From NCBI GenBank assembly GCA_045863855.1, contig BTVV01000024.1, forward strand, positions 1 through 64,000: a stretch of DNA of 64,000 nt. Reading direction: 5' to 3'. The notes under the pieces were generated by a model. It searched no databases. It saw only the letters and a program-made list of their open reading frames with translations, and was not told the DNA's origin. The translations under genes were made by a program, and so were the position numbers. This DNA is from Planctomycetota bacterium (GTDB lineage: Bacteria; Planctomycetota; SZUA-567; H5-PLA8). Every line of letters starts with the position of its first letter. The stretch's first letter is position 1. Positions 8,530 to 17,593 of the stretch are shown here, piece by piece.

Positions 8530-10089
8530 ATGCAGGCCATGACCGTACTGCTCGCCGCCCTCAAAGCACGCCTGCCGGGCGTGCATTTACGCACCCTCGA
8601 AGAGGCTCGTGCCCTGGAAGCCCTGCGACAGGCCGTGCAGGCCCTGTCGAGCCAACTGGCGCCGCGGGTGCTATGGCGCTGGTCTTCGGCCTCAGGGCTG
8701 CATCACCTTCCGCCCAGCGACGATCTGCCCAGCATGCCCGTCCAGGAACCCTGCGCCCTAGACGACGCCTTTACGCACTTCAAGAAGTCCTCTGAAAATA
8801 TCGTCCTGGCGTTGCTCGATCCGTGGGCCGAACTGGGCAACCCGTATTTCGTGCGCGCGTTACGCGAAGCGCTGACGCACGCGCGGGGCTCCGGGAAGGC
8901 GATTGTGCTGGTCGGGCGCGATTGGAAGATCCCGCCCGAACTCCAGGCCGATCTGTTCGTTGCGAACTTGCCGCTGCCCACGCGGGCCGAACTCAACGAG
9001 TTCATCCAGTCCCTGGCAGTCCTGTACCGCGCGCAGCTGGCCGACAAAGTCAGCATCGACGAAGCGGCGCTGCCCGAGTTGGCCCGCGCCTGCCAGGGGC
9101 TCACGCTTGACGAGACGCGCAGCATCGTAGCCCTTTCGTTGGTCAGCTACCGGGCCTTGGGCGCCGATTCGATCGGGTTGGCCATTCGCGAAAAGCGCCA
9201 GATCGTACGTCGAAGCGGAGTGCTGGAATACGAAGAGCCCCAGCGCGATCTGGCTGGGGTGGGGGGGCTGGAACTCCTGAAGGGCTGGGTCACCAAACGC
9301 CGGCGGCTCTTCGAAGACAACGCCCGGGCTGCGGGAATCCATGCGCCTAAGGGGCTGCTCTTGGTGGGCGTCCCCGGTACGGGCAAGACGCTGGCGGCGC
9401 GCGCCATCGCCGCGGCCTGGAAACTCCCGCTGGTCCGGCTCGATGCCGGGCGGCTCTTCGGGAGCTTGGTCGGTGAGTCCGAGAGCAATCTGCGCCAAGC
9501 GATCCGGACGGCCGAGGCCATCGCGCCGTGCGTGGTTCTGGTCGACGAGATCGAGAAGGCCTTCGCCCAAGGCGGAGGGCAGGACGGCGGGACTTCGCAA
9601 CGGGTCTTCGGCGCCCTACTGACTTGGCTTTCCGATAAGCAGGCCGAGTGCTTCGTGGTGGCGACCGCCAACGAGATCGGCGTATTACCACCGGAGTTGT
9701 TACGCAAAGGTCGCTTCGACGAGATCTTCGCCGTGGACTTGCCCGACGCGGCGGCGCGCGAGGAGATCCTGCGCATTCACCTGGAGCAGGCCAAGGCCTC
9801 CTTTAAGAAGAGCGAGCTTGCCGACCTGGCCGGCGCCTGTTCGGGCTACACCGGCGCCGAACTGGAAGCGGCGGTCCAAGCGGCCTTGGTCGAGGCCTTC
9901 GACGACGGCGAACGCAAGGTCCGGCCGGCCGACGTACTCCAGGCCATCCGGAACACCGTGCCGCTCTCGCGGACCATGGCCGAAAAGATCGACGCCCTGC
10001 GCGAGTGGTGCCGCAGCGGACGGGCCGTGCCCGCCGGACGCCCGATCGAAGCCGACGATGCCAGGAAGCAGGTGACCGTTGAGGTTTAG
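8530..10089 (+). CDS. AAA+ ATPase, Ycf46/SpoVK/Vps4-type
   Basis: AGGAGG RBS; degenerate N-terminal AAA domain; [59 protein letters not shown]. Confidence 0.92.
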   Translation: MQAMTVLLAALKARLPGVHLRTLEEARALEALRQAVQALSSQLAPRVLWRWSSASGLHHLPPSDDLPSMPVQEPCALDDAFTHFKKSSENIVLALLDPWAELGNPYFVRALREALTHARGSGKAIVLVGRDWKIPPELQADLFVANLPLPTRAELNEFIQSLAVLYRAQLADKVSIDEAALPELARACQGLTLDETRSIVALSLVSYRALGADSIGLAIREKRQIVRRSGVLEYEEPQRDLAGVGGLELLKGWVTKRRRLFEDNARAAGIHAPKGLLLVGVPGTGKTLAARAIAAAWKLPLVRLDAGRLFGSLVGESESNLRQAIRTAEAIAPCVVLVDEIEKAFAQGGGQDGGTSQRVFGALLTWLSDKQAECFVVATANEIGVLPPELLRKGRFDEIFAVDLPDAAAREEILRIHLEQAKASFKKSELADLAGACSGYTGAELEAAVQAALVEAFDDGERKVRPADVLQAIRNTVPLSRTMAEKIDALREWCRSGRAVPAGRPIEADDARKQVTVEV

Positions 10090-10628
10090 GTGTCCTTCTT
10101 GAACTCATCCCAATGTGGGTTCAGCCATACGCATCTATTGGCTACGCTCTGAAGATCCGACGAGACGGACCGCTCGAAGCCAGCCACGTAGACCTCTTTC
10201 TTCAGGTCGTCCTTTACGTAGGAAACCGCATCCATCAGGTCACCGTCTCCGGACGAAAGCAGCACCCGATCGTACTTATCCTGCGCGGCCAGTTTGATCA
10301 GGAGCGTTGCGATGCCCACGTCCACTCCCTTCTGGACAGGACGCTCGTGTTCCTTTCCGCAAGCCGGGCAGGTGAGGCGCTGAGTCTTCAAGGCGTAAGG
10401 CAGCACCCGGAATTGCGGGCCTGTGGGGCTGGCCAGCTTGAGCCAGCGCAGGAAGGCGTCCTGCTTCTCGTTGGGCTCCGGCGACTTACTGTCCAGAAAG
10501 TAGCTCTCGATAAATCGACCGTCGCCGGGGCCTTCGAGCAGGTGCTTGAGCTTCAGATAATCGAACCGCCCGGGAGCGCAAGCATGCATGTAGCCGCCGT
10601 CGATGATCCAGATCACGCGCTTGGCCAT
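10086..10628 (-). CDS. NYN domain (LabA/DUF88, PIN-like) nuclease with CxxC insert
   Basis: IDGGY, CPACG, QKGVDV, SGDGDL, S.DL...A motifs. Confidence 0.88.
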   Translation of the reverse strand: MAKRVIWIIDGGYMHACAPGRFDYLKLKHLLEGPGDGRFIESYFLDSKSPEPNEKQDAFLRWLKLASPTGPQFRVLPYALKTQRLTCPACGKEHERPVQKGVDVGIATLLIKLAAQDKYDRVLLSSGDGDLMDAVSYVKDDLKKEVYVAGFERSVSSDLQSVANRCVWLNPHWDEFKKDT

Positions 10629-10743
10629 CGAAGCCCTCGTCCGTATTCCCAAGTGAGTTGCCTGCTGAAAGGAAGACACGACTTATACCGCATTGTTTCC
10701 GCGCCGAAGTGGGCGAACGCACCCCCCGTATCCGGAGAACCCC

Positions 10744-11103
10744 ATGAGCCACATCGCCACCGTGAAAGTGAAGCTGAAAGACCGTGCCTTGCTCGCCGAA
10801 GTCTGCGGCGAACTGAATATTCCCTGCGACCTCGGAGAGCCGGACGTCCGGCTCTACTCGGGCGTCGTCAAAAGCGCCGCCAGCGTCCAGCTCAAAGGCT
10901 GGACCTACCCCGTCGCGGTCCTGCACGACGGCACCGTCCAGTACGACAACTTCGAGGGCCAGTGGGGCGCGACGCGCGAGTTGCATGCGCTCTTGCGCCG
11001 CTACTCCGAGCGGGTCGCCTTGCGCCACGCCCAGCGCCTGGGCGCCAGTGTCCAGCGCGAAGAGCGCGCCGACGGGACGATCCTGCTGCGCCTGCGCGCC
11101 TGA
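10744..11103 (+). CDS. DUF1257 (Ycf35-like) protein
   Basis: MSHIATVKVKLKD..LL, GW.YPV, YDNFEGQWG, LLRRYS, E.ADGTI.L; canonical Ycf46 partner. Confidence 0.82.
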   Translation: MSHIATVKVKLKDRALLAEVCGELNIPCDLGEPDVRLYSGVVKSAASVQLKGWTYPVAVLHDGTVQYDNFEGQWGATRELHALLRRYSERVALRHAQRLGASVQREERADGTILLRLRA

Positions 11104-11138
11104 GTCGAAGTCCCACCCATCGCAAAGGAGCCCGCCAC

Positions 11139-11333
11139 ATGCCGCGCCAGATCGTTGTGACCATCTCGCCCGAAGGCGAAATCGAAGTGCGGGTCGAAGG
11201 CCAGTCCGGACCGTCCTGCCAGGATCTCACCCGCAAGCTTGAAGACGCGCTCGGGACCGCCGTGGCCGACCGGCGCACGCCCGAGTTCCACCAGCCCGAC
11301 CGGCAGGATCACCGCCAGCAGACCGGGCGCTGA
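11139..11333 (+). CDS. DUF2997 protein
   Basis: I.VTISPEGEI.V.VEG..GPSC.DLT..LEDALG......TPEF; AAGGAG RBS. Confidence 0.85.
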   Translation: MPRQIVVTISPEGEIEVRVEGQSGPSCQDLTRKLEDALGTAVADRRTPEFHQPDRQDHRQQTGR

Positions 11334-11352
11334 ACATGGAAAGGAGCTTCTG

Positions 11353-11607
11353 ATGGATGCTTTGATCGCCGTGCGCCCGGACGGGCAGGTGGAGTTTCTG
11401 TACGACGATGCGCTCGGCGCGCTCCTGCTCGAAGGCGAAGGCCGTGTCCTGCGCGCCTCGCACGTCGAACCTACTTCCGACGGCCGCTGGCAAGCGGATC
11501 TTGCACCTATTGGCGGGCCGAAGCTGCCGGCTACACGTACTCGCGGCGCCTCGACTCAAGCGGAGATCGTATGGATCGAGCGAAATCGGTTGACCGAATG
11601 CCCGTAG
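11353..11607 (+). CDS. Conserved hypothetical protein following DUF2997
   Basis: AAGGAG RBS; RASHVEP...GRWQADL.P.GGP.L....R.....AE..W pattern recalled from similar planctomycete clusters. Confidence 0.7.
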   Translation: MDALIAVRPDGQVEFLYDDALGALLLEGEGRVLRASHVEPTSDGRWQADLAPIGGPKLPATRTRGASTQAEIVWIERNRLTECP

Positions 11608-11630
11608 TTTCGGGTTCATCGAAAGACATC

Positions 11631-11673
11631 GCGCCGGTGCCGGGCCTCGCAGCTCGGTACCGGTGTTTTTCTT
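11631..11673 (+). terminator. Intrinsic terminator closing the AAA-DUF1257-DUF2997 operon
   Basis: 14-bp stem CGCCGGTGCCGGGC/GCTCGGTACCGGTG (with G-U pairs), 6-nt loop, then TTTTTCTT. Confidence 0.75.
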
Positions 11674-11768
11674 AGCTATGGGCTCGGAAAAAGGTGGAAT
11701 CGATGACGCCGGCGCTCAAGAAAATGAGTTCACAACCAAAGGACCCTAATTGCAATTACCTTTTAGGG

Positions 11769-11790
11769 TGTTACAAAACGCTGTTACAAA
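11769..11790 (+). repeat. Direct repeat TGTTACAAA x2, candidate integrase arm-type sites
   Basis: Copies at 11769-11777 and 11782-11790 in an AT-rich stretch ~55 bp before the tRNA fragment. Confidence 0.55.
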
Positions 11791-11845
11791 CTCACTTGAC
11801 GTTTTTATAAACTATTATACCAAAACAACTTAATTTTTAGTAACG

Positions 11846-11890
11846 TGCCTTACAAGCAGGGGGTCGGGGGTTCGAATCCCTCATCGCCCA
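11846..11890 (+). other. 3' half of tRNA-Val(TAC), candidate att site (not an intact tRNA)
   Basis: TGC-CTTACAA-GCAGG anticodon arm, GGGTC, GGGGG-TTCGAAT-CCCTC T arm, ATCGCCCA acceptor 3' strand; D arm and 5' acceptor strand absent. Confidence 0.88.
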
Positions 11891-11946
11891 CTATACCCCT
11901 TCGCCATGCCTGCTCGATGCCGCGTGCGTAAGCCCCAATCGTTCGA

Positions 11947-13914
11947 TCAGGCATTCGCGATCAGGTTCGAGGCATTGACCTTCAGGTTGTAGCGTTCGCG
12001 CGCAATCTTCGCGACGCCTTCGGCGAACTGCTGGTGATCGTGCAGGATGCGGCAGAAATCGGCCTTGCCCAGCACGAACAGGTCGCACGAAGACTTGCAG
12101 CGCACGTTGGCGGTGCGCGGCGTGGACATCAGCAGCGCGATCTCGCCGAAGAAGTCGCCGTCTTTCAAGGTCTTGATCACCTTGCCCGAATCATCCAGAA
12201 TTTCCACTTCGCCGCGGGCGATCAGGTACATCTCCTGCCCCAAATCGCCCTTTTTGATGATCGTTTCGCCTTTGGCGGTCTGCATCGGCTTCAACGCCAT
12301 GATCACTTGCGAGAGGAACAGCATGTCGCCATTTTTGAAGAGGTCCACCTGCTTCAGGACTTCCTCGGTGACGACTTCGTGCCAGCGCCGGCCGTCGCGC
12401 TTGATCAGTTCGGCTGCGGCTTTCGGGCCCCAACTGCTGCGCGCGTAGTTGGGGAAGTCGGCCGGATTGGCTTTCCAACTGTCCAGCAGCGGTTGCGCGA
12501 TACGCCACGCGGCTTCGACCAAATCGCCGCGCGAGAAGAGCGTGCCGTCGCCGAGGCTGCACGAATAGATCATCACTTCGTAGCCCGTGTAGCGCGAAGC
12601 CTTGAACGCATCGCCGTAGCCGAAGCGCATGTGGACGGGCTGGATCTTCATCAGCGGCCCGGGAATCTTGGCCTGGAACTGGATCTCGATGCCCTGGTAC
12701 GGCTGGATGTGGAAGATCAAGCGGTTCGCGCCTAGGTGCTGGCATGGGGTGTTGCGGAAGAGCACCTCCGGCGCCTTCTTGAACTCCACGACGATCTCGG
12801 TGCCGCGCTTCCAGAGCGCCTTGCCGCTGCGCAGGTAGATCGGAACGCCTTCCCAGCGCCAATTGTCGATGTGCAGCCGCGCCGCCGCGTACGTCTCGGT
12901 CTTCGACTCCGGATTGACGTCCTTTTCTTCGCGGTAGCCAGGCTTGAGCACCTTGCCGGCATCGTCCACCTGTGGGCCATACTGGCCGCGTACGACGTAC
13001 TTCTCCACTTCTTCCGGCGTGTACGCGCGCACCGCCTGGAGCAGTTTCGCTTTCTCGTTGCGGATGGAATCCGACGCGAAGGAGCCCGGCGGCTCCATGC
13101 ACAAATACGCCAGCATTTGGAACATGTGGTTCTGCATCATGTCGCGCAGCACGCCGGACTGGTCGTAGTATCCGCCGCGCCCTTCGGCGTCGACGGCTTC
13201 GGAGACGTTGAACTGGATGTTGTCGATGTAGTTCTTGTTCCAGAGCGGCTCGAACATTCCGTTGCTGAAGCGGAACGTGAGCAGGTTCTGGACGGTCTCC
13301 TTGCCCAAGTAATGGTCGACGCGGTAAATCTGGTCTTCGTTCCAGTGCACCAGAATTTCTTTGTTCAACTGCAGCGCCGACTCAAGGTCCGTCCCGAACG
13401 GCTTCTCGACGATGATGCGCTTCCAGCCGGCGCCTTCGCGGAAGCCCGCCTTGTTCAGGTTGTCGCAGATTAGGCCGAAGAAGCGCGGCGCCGTGGCGAA
13501 GTAAAAGAGCACGTTCCCCTGCGCCTGATGCTGGTCGTTCAGTTCCGCGACCTTTTTCTTCAGCGTCTGGAACGCGTCGAGGTCCGCGAAGCCAGCAGGA
13601 ATGTAATGGAAGCGGTTGACCAGCTTGTCCCAGACGGCTTGATCGAATTCCTTGCGCGTATGGAACTTCTTGATGTCTTCGTTCATCCGCGCTCGCCACT
13701 CTTCGGTGGTGAGCTTGTCCATCGCCGAGCCCAGGACCGCGAAGTTATCGCTCAGCAGGCCGTCGCAGGCGAGATTGTACATCGCTGGCACCAGCAGCCG
13801 TTTGGTCAAGTCGCCGGAGGCCCCGAAAATCAGCATGATGCACGGATTGCTGGTCGGGTTGTCGGACACTCCCGGCGCCGAAATCGAACCGGTCACTTGC
13901 GTGGTCGCGGACAT
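11947..13914 (-). CDS. zwf: Glucose-6-phosphate dehydrogenase with C-terminal cyclic-nucleotide-binding domain
   Basis: GASGDL, EKPFG, RVDHYLGKE, DMMQNH, RWEGVP.YLRSGK; C-terminal GD.GQEMY.I..GEV...GDFFGEIALL...PRTANV. Confidence 0.93.
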   Translation of the reverse strand: MSATTQVTGSISAPGVSDNPTSNPCIMLIFGASGDLTKRLLVPAMYNLACDGLLSDNFAVLGSAMDKLTTEEWRARMNEDIKKFHTRKEFDQAVWDKLVNRFHYIPAGFADLDAFQTLKKKVAELNDQHQAQGNVLFYFATAPRFFGLICDNLNKAGFREGAGWKRIIVEKPFGTDLESALQLNKEILVHWNEDQIYRVDHYLGKETVQNLLTFRFSNGMFEPLWNKNYIDNIQFNVSEAVDAEGRGGYYDQSGVLRDMMQNHMFQMLAYLCMEPPGSFASDSIRNEKAKLLQAVRAYTPEEVEKYVVRGQYGPQVDDAGKVLKPGYREEKDVNPESKTETYAAARLHIDNWRWEGVPIYLRSGKALWKRGTEIVVEFKKAPEVLFRNTPCQHLGANRLIFHIQPYQGIEIQFQAKIPGPLMKIQPVHMRFGYGDAFKASRYTGYEVMIYSCSLGDGTLFSRGDLVEAAWRIAQPLLDSWKANPADFPNYARSSWGPKAAAELIKRDGRRWHEVVTEEVLKQVDLFKNGDMLFLSQVIMALKPMQTAKGETIIKKGDLGQEMYLIARGEVEILDDSGKVIKTLKDGDFFGEIALLMSTPRTANVRCKSSCDLFVLGKADFCRILHDHQQFAEGVAKIARERYNLKVNASNLIANA

Positions 13915-14198
13915 GGGCAGGCCCCCTCACTCGAGTATGAAATGCGTGCGCGCACGGACGGAGATAAAACGCAGGATCCCTCAAACCGCTTCAGCGATTC
14001 GTTGTTGCGGCATTGTAGGCATCGCCGACCGGCTTGCAACGCGATTCGAGTCGCGCCTCCGGAATCCCGGGACGCGAGTTGCCGGAAAGGAACTCGTACA
14101 GGTTAAAGGGCCGGATAAGGGCGGGGACTTAAGAAAACAATAACGGCGTCACGAAGAGGAGTCCGCGCCGCCGCTTTGATCTGCCGGCCGGACACAGG

Positions 14199-14954
14199 TC
14201 AGACCTGTGCCATGCCGCCGTCGACAAAGAGTTCGATACCGGTGACGTAGCTGCTGTCGTCCGATGCCAGGAAGAGGACGCCTTTGGCGATCTCGTCGGG
14301 CGTTCCAGTGCGGCCCAACGGCGCGTTGGCGGCGGCCTGGGATTCCAATTCCGCGATCTGGGCGTCGTCCAGGCCCAATTCGTTCTTGTATCCGGGCGTG
14401 ACAATCGTGCCGGGGCTGATTGTGTTCACGCGGATCTTGCGCTTCCGCAGATCGACCGACCATGTGCGTGCGAACGAGCGCAAGGCGGCTTTGGTGGCGC
14501 TGTACACGCTGAAGGCCGGCAGCGCCTTCATGGAGGTGATCGACGCGTTGAGCACTATGGCCGCCCCGTCGGGCATCAGAGGCAGCGCCTTCTGAACCGT
14601 AAAGAGCGTACCTTTTATGTTGATGCCCAACCACTTGTCCACGTGCGCTTCGGAGATCTCGCCCAGCGGCACGAATTCGCCGCCGCCCGCATTCGCAAAG
14701 AGCACGTCCAGGCGGCCGGCCTGCGTGCGGATGATTTCGTAGAGCCGGTCCAGATCGGCCAGCTTCGAAATATCGCCCTGAACCCCCACCGCTCCGTGCC
14801 CGATCCGCTGCACCGCCGCATCGAGGTCCGCCTGGCGCCGGCCGGTAATGAAGACGCGCGCCCCTTCGGCGGCAAAGCGCTCGGCTGTGGCCAGGCCGAT
14901 CCCGCTGGACCCCCCGGTTACGAGCGCGACCTTGCCGTTCAACTTTCCCGACAT
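14199..14954 (-). CDS. Short-chain dehydrogenase/reductase
   Basis: TGGSSGIG, NAG, YSATK. Confidence 0.92.
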   Translation of the reverse strand: MSGKLNGKVALVTGGSSGIGLATAERFAAEGARVFITGRRQADLDAAVQRIGHGAVGVQGDISKLADLDRLYEIIRTQAGRLDVLFANAGGGEFVPLGEISEAHVDKWLGINIKGTLFTVQKALPLMPDGAAIVLNASITSMKALPAFSVYSATKAALRSFARTWSVDLRKRKIRVNTISPGTIVTPGYKNELGLDDAQIAELESQAAANAPLGRTGTPDEIAKGVLFLASDDSSYVTGIELFVDGGMAQV

Positions 14955-15017
14955 GGCGCTTCTCCTTTCGATATGAAAAGGGGCCGCTCCCGCGGCCCCC
15001 ATATGCCGCCTCGGCGC

Positions 15018-15770
15018 TTAGCGATTGCCGCCCGAAATGTAGAGCGTCTCGCCGGTGATCCATTGCGCGTCGGACGAGGACAGGAAGACCGCGGCCGGAG
15101 CGATATCGACGGGTTGGCCAATCCGCCCCAGCGGCGTCTGCGCTTCGATCTGCTTGCGAAACTCGCTTTCGGAGATGCCCGCCGCATGCACGCCCTCGGT
15201 CTCCACCATCCCGGGGTTGATCGAGTTGACGCGGATCTTGCGCGGACCCAGTTCCGCCGCCAGCGAACGCGTCACGGCGTCCACGGCCGCTTTCGTGGCG
15301 CTATACACCGCCGCGTTCGGCAGGCCCGCGGTGGCCGCGACCGAGCTGATATTCACGATACTTCCGCCTTCGGGACCGAAGCGCCGCGCCGCTTCCTGCG
15401 ACGCGAAGAGCAGCCCCAGCACGTTCAGGTCGAATTGTTTGTGGAAGTGTTCAGCCGTTACGTTTTCCAGCGGCTGGAAATCGTAGATCCCCGCATTGTT
15501 GATCAGGATGTCCAATCGCCCGAAAGCCGACTGAGCTTCCGCGAAAAGACGCCGGACCTCCGCCTCTTGAGCCAGATTGGCTTGCACGGCGATGGCCTTG
15601 CCGCCATTGCCTTGAATTTCGCCGACGACACGGTCGGCGCCCGCTTTGCTCGACGCATAGTTGACCACCACGGCCGCGCCTTCTGCAGCCAGGTGCAGGG
15701 CGATGGAAGCCCCGATCCCCTTGGACGCGCCTGTAACCACCGCCACTTTTCCGGCCAGTTTGTTCGACAT
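15018..15770 (-). CDS. Short-chain dehydrogenase/reductase (FabG-like)
   Basis: TGASKGIG, NNAG, YSATK. Confidence 0.92.
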   Translation of the reverse strand: MSNKLAGKVAVVTGASKGIGASIALHLAAEGAAVVVNYASSKAGADRVVGEIQGNGGKAIAVQANLAQEAEVRRLFAEAQSAFGRLDILINNAGIYDFQPLENVTAEHFHKQFDLNVLGLLFASQEAARRFGPEGGSIVNISSVAATAGLPNAAVYSATKAAVDAVTRSLAAELGPRKIRVNSINPGMVETEGVHAAGISESEFRKQIEAQTPLGRIGQPVDIAPAAVFLSSSDAQWITGETLYISGGNR

Positions 15771-15794
15771 TGCCCGCTCTCCCTATTCTATGGT

Positions 15795-15816
15795 TTATGT
15801 ATCGATGAGTACATAA
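15795..15816. promoter_or_regulatory. Candidate TetR operator between divergent SDR and TetR genes
   Basis: TTATGTA-N8-TACATAA inverted repeat; related half-site CGGTACATAA at ~15860. Confidence 0.55.
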
Positions 15817-15884
15817 TACGCACAGGGACTTGAATCGTCAAGCCCAATATTTTATCATTCGGTACATAAAGAAAGGAGCAAGGC

Positions 15885-16490
15885 ATGGCACTCGGACGGC
15901 CCCGCGCCTTCGACCTGGACAAAGCCCTGGATCAGGCGCTCAAAGTATTCTGGCGCAAAGGGTTCGAAGGCGCTTCACTGCCCGATCTGACCCGCGCCAT
16001 GGGCATCAACCGGCCCAGTCTTTATGCCGCCTTTGGCAACAAAGAGGAGTTGTTTCGCAAAGCGCTCGACCGGTACGAGGCCGGCCCCGCCGCGTACGTA
16101 AATCGAGCGCTCCATGCGCCCACCGCGCGCGCCGTGGCCGAGGCGCTGCTGTACGGCGCCATCGAGATGCAGTCAGATCGCCGGCACCCCGCGGGCTGTC
16201 TGATGGTGCATGGCGCGTTGGCCTGCGGCGACGAGGCCGGATCCGTGCGCAAGGAACTCAAGTCGCGGCGGCAGGCGGGACTCGCCGCTTTGCAGGCGCG
16301 TTTCGAACGGGCTCAACAGGAGCACGACCTGCCGGCAAGCTGCGACGCCGCGGGGTTGGCGCGCTTCATCACGGCAGTGATCTACGGCATGGCCGTTCAA
16401 GCCGCAACCGGCGCGACGTGCGACGAAATGCGCAGCGTGGCCGACCGGGCGATGCAGGCTTGGCCCGGCGCCGTGCGCGAATCGAAGTAG
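15885..16490 (+). CDS. TetR/AcrR family regulator (ComR/NemR-like)
   Basis: GRPRAFD...FW.KG..G.S..DL..AMGINRPSLYAAFGNKEELF; GCL motif. Confidence 0.92.
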   Translation: MALGRPRAFDLDKALDQALKVFWRKGFEGASLPDLTRAMGINRPSLYAAFGNKEELFRKALDRYEAGPAAYVNRALHAPTARAVAEALLYGAIEMQSDRRHPAGCLMVHGALACGDEAGSVRKELKSRRQAGLAALQARFERAQQEHDLPASCDAAGLARFITAVIYGMAVQAATGATCDEMRSVADRAMQAWPGAVRESK

Positions 16491-16516
16491 AATTCGGCAG
16501 GTGAGAGAATCTCCGT

Positions 16517-17437
16517 ATGGCTTACGCTTCGAACCTACCCCCGCCGCTCGAATACCTTCCGTTTAGCGCCGCACCTTTTCGGCTCACGCTGGGTTTGACG
16601 GCACTGCGCCTGGAAGACTGGATCGAGATCGATGCGCATTATCCCCGTGACCTGAATCTAAAGCGCGAACTGCTCGCTCAACGCCACGGCGAAGTCTTTG
16701 CCGCCCTGCCCGGCAGCGCTGAACCCAGCCGGGAAGCGCTGGAACTGCTGGCGCGGCATCTGACGGAGCGCTTTCCGGGCTGGTTCGAGCGGCGCGACGG
16801 CGTCCTCGAGAACAAGCTCACCGGAGAATGCTGGAATCTGACAGGAGATGCGCACCATCCCTTGGACTTGGCCGCGCGCTGGGTCCAGGAGGATCTGTGT
16901 CTTATGCAGGCGCGAGGATCGGAGTACGTCCTCACCGCAGCGTCCGTCGCCTTTCCCTCGCGCTGGGCCTTAAAGGAAAAGCTGGGCCTTCCGATGCAGG
17001 CCATTCATGCGCCGGTCGCGCACTATAAGGAGCAGCTGGGCGAGACGGCCGATCGGTTCATGGAGCGGCTGAGCGCCGATAAACCGGTCTGGCGGCTGAA
17101 CTGGAATGTTCACGACAGCGGCGAACCTTTTCAGCCGCGCGGACCCGGAGGCGTCGCACCCGATCCGCGGATCACTCCGGCAAACGCCGGCCAGAAACTC
17201 TTTTTTCGAGTCGAGCGTCAAACGCTGCGCCGCTTGCCGGACAGCGGTGCGATCGTGTTTACGATTCGAACCTACATTCGGCCTCTTGCCGATTTCGAGC
17301 AGCGCCCGGAATGCGCCGCGCGCTTGGCCGCCGCGCTACGCAACTACCCGCCCGAAACCTTTCGATACAAGAACCAAGGCGTTTTTGCCGACGCGGCGCT
17401 GGCTTGGCTGGATCGAACCGCCCGGTCATGCAGTTAA
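16517..17437 (+). CDS. Heme-dependent oxidative N-demethylase alpha subunit-like (DUF3445)
   Basis: VQEDLCLM, FPSRW...EKLG..M..IHAPV, R.NW, RVERQTLRRLP.SGA.VFTIRTY. Confidence 0.85.
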   Translation: MAYASNLPPPLEYLPFSAAPFRLTLGLTALRLEDWIEIDAHYPRDLNLKRELLAQRHGEVFAALPGSAEPSREALELLARHLTERFPGWFERRDGVLENKLTGECWNLTGDAHHPLDLAARWVQEDLCLMQARGSEYVLTAASVAFPSRWALKEKLGLPMQAIHAPVAHYKEQLGETADRFMERLSADKPVWRLNWNVHDSGEPFQPRGPGGVAPDPRITPANAGQKLFFRVERQTLRRLPDSGAIVFTIRTYIRPLADFEQRPECAARLAAALRNYPPETFRYKNQGVFADAALAWLDRTARSCS

Positions 17438-17593
17438 ATGGGAGTAACCATTCTTGTACTGGACTAGGCGGTCATGACGCACCGTGGGCCGCGCAGGTAA
17501 TCTCATAAGGCATTGATTATATTTGATTTATGATGCTTGAATATAAACTATAGATTTATGAACTATCATTCATTAATGTGAACATTCGAGGCA

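Larger units (their letters stand above)
3642..11890. mobile_element. Remnant of a tRNA-Val-integrated genomic island (left end and integrase missing)
   Basis: Right boundary is a 3' half-copy of tRNA-Val with direct repeats upstream; left boundary coincides with the fdhD truncation; cargo resembles PRTRC/ICE-type gene cassettes. No integrase seen. Confidence 0.65.

Noticed and set aside
3697..11607. CBASS or canonical full PRTRC cassette
   Set aside because: No CD-NTase or Cap effector, and no ParB or PRTRC E/F recognisable; they could have been lost with the left arm.
11820..11893. Functional tRNA-Val gene
   Set aside because: No D arm or 5' acceptor strand; upstream is AT-rich non-tRNA sequence and it ends CTA rather than CCA.
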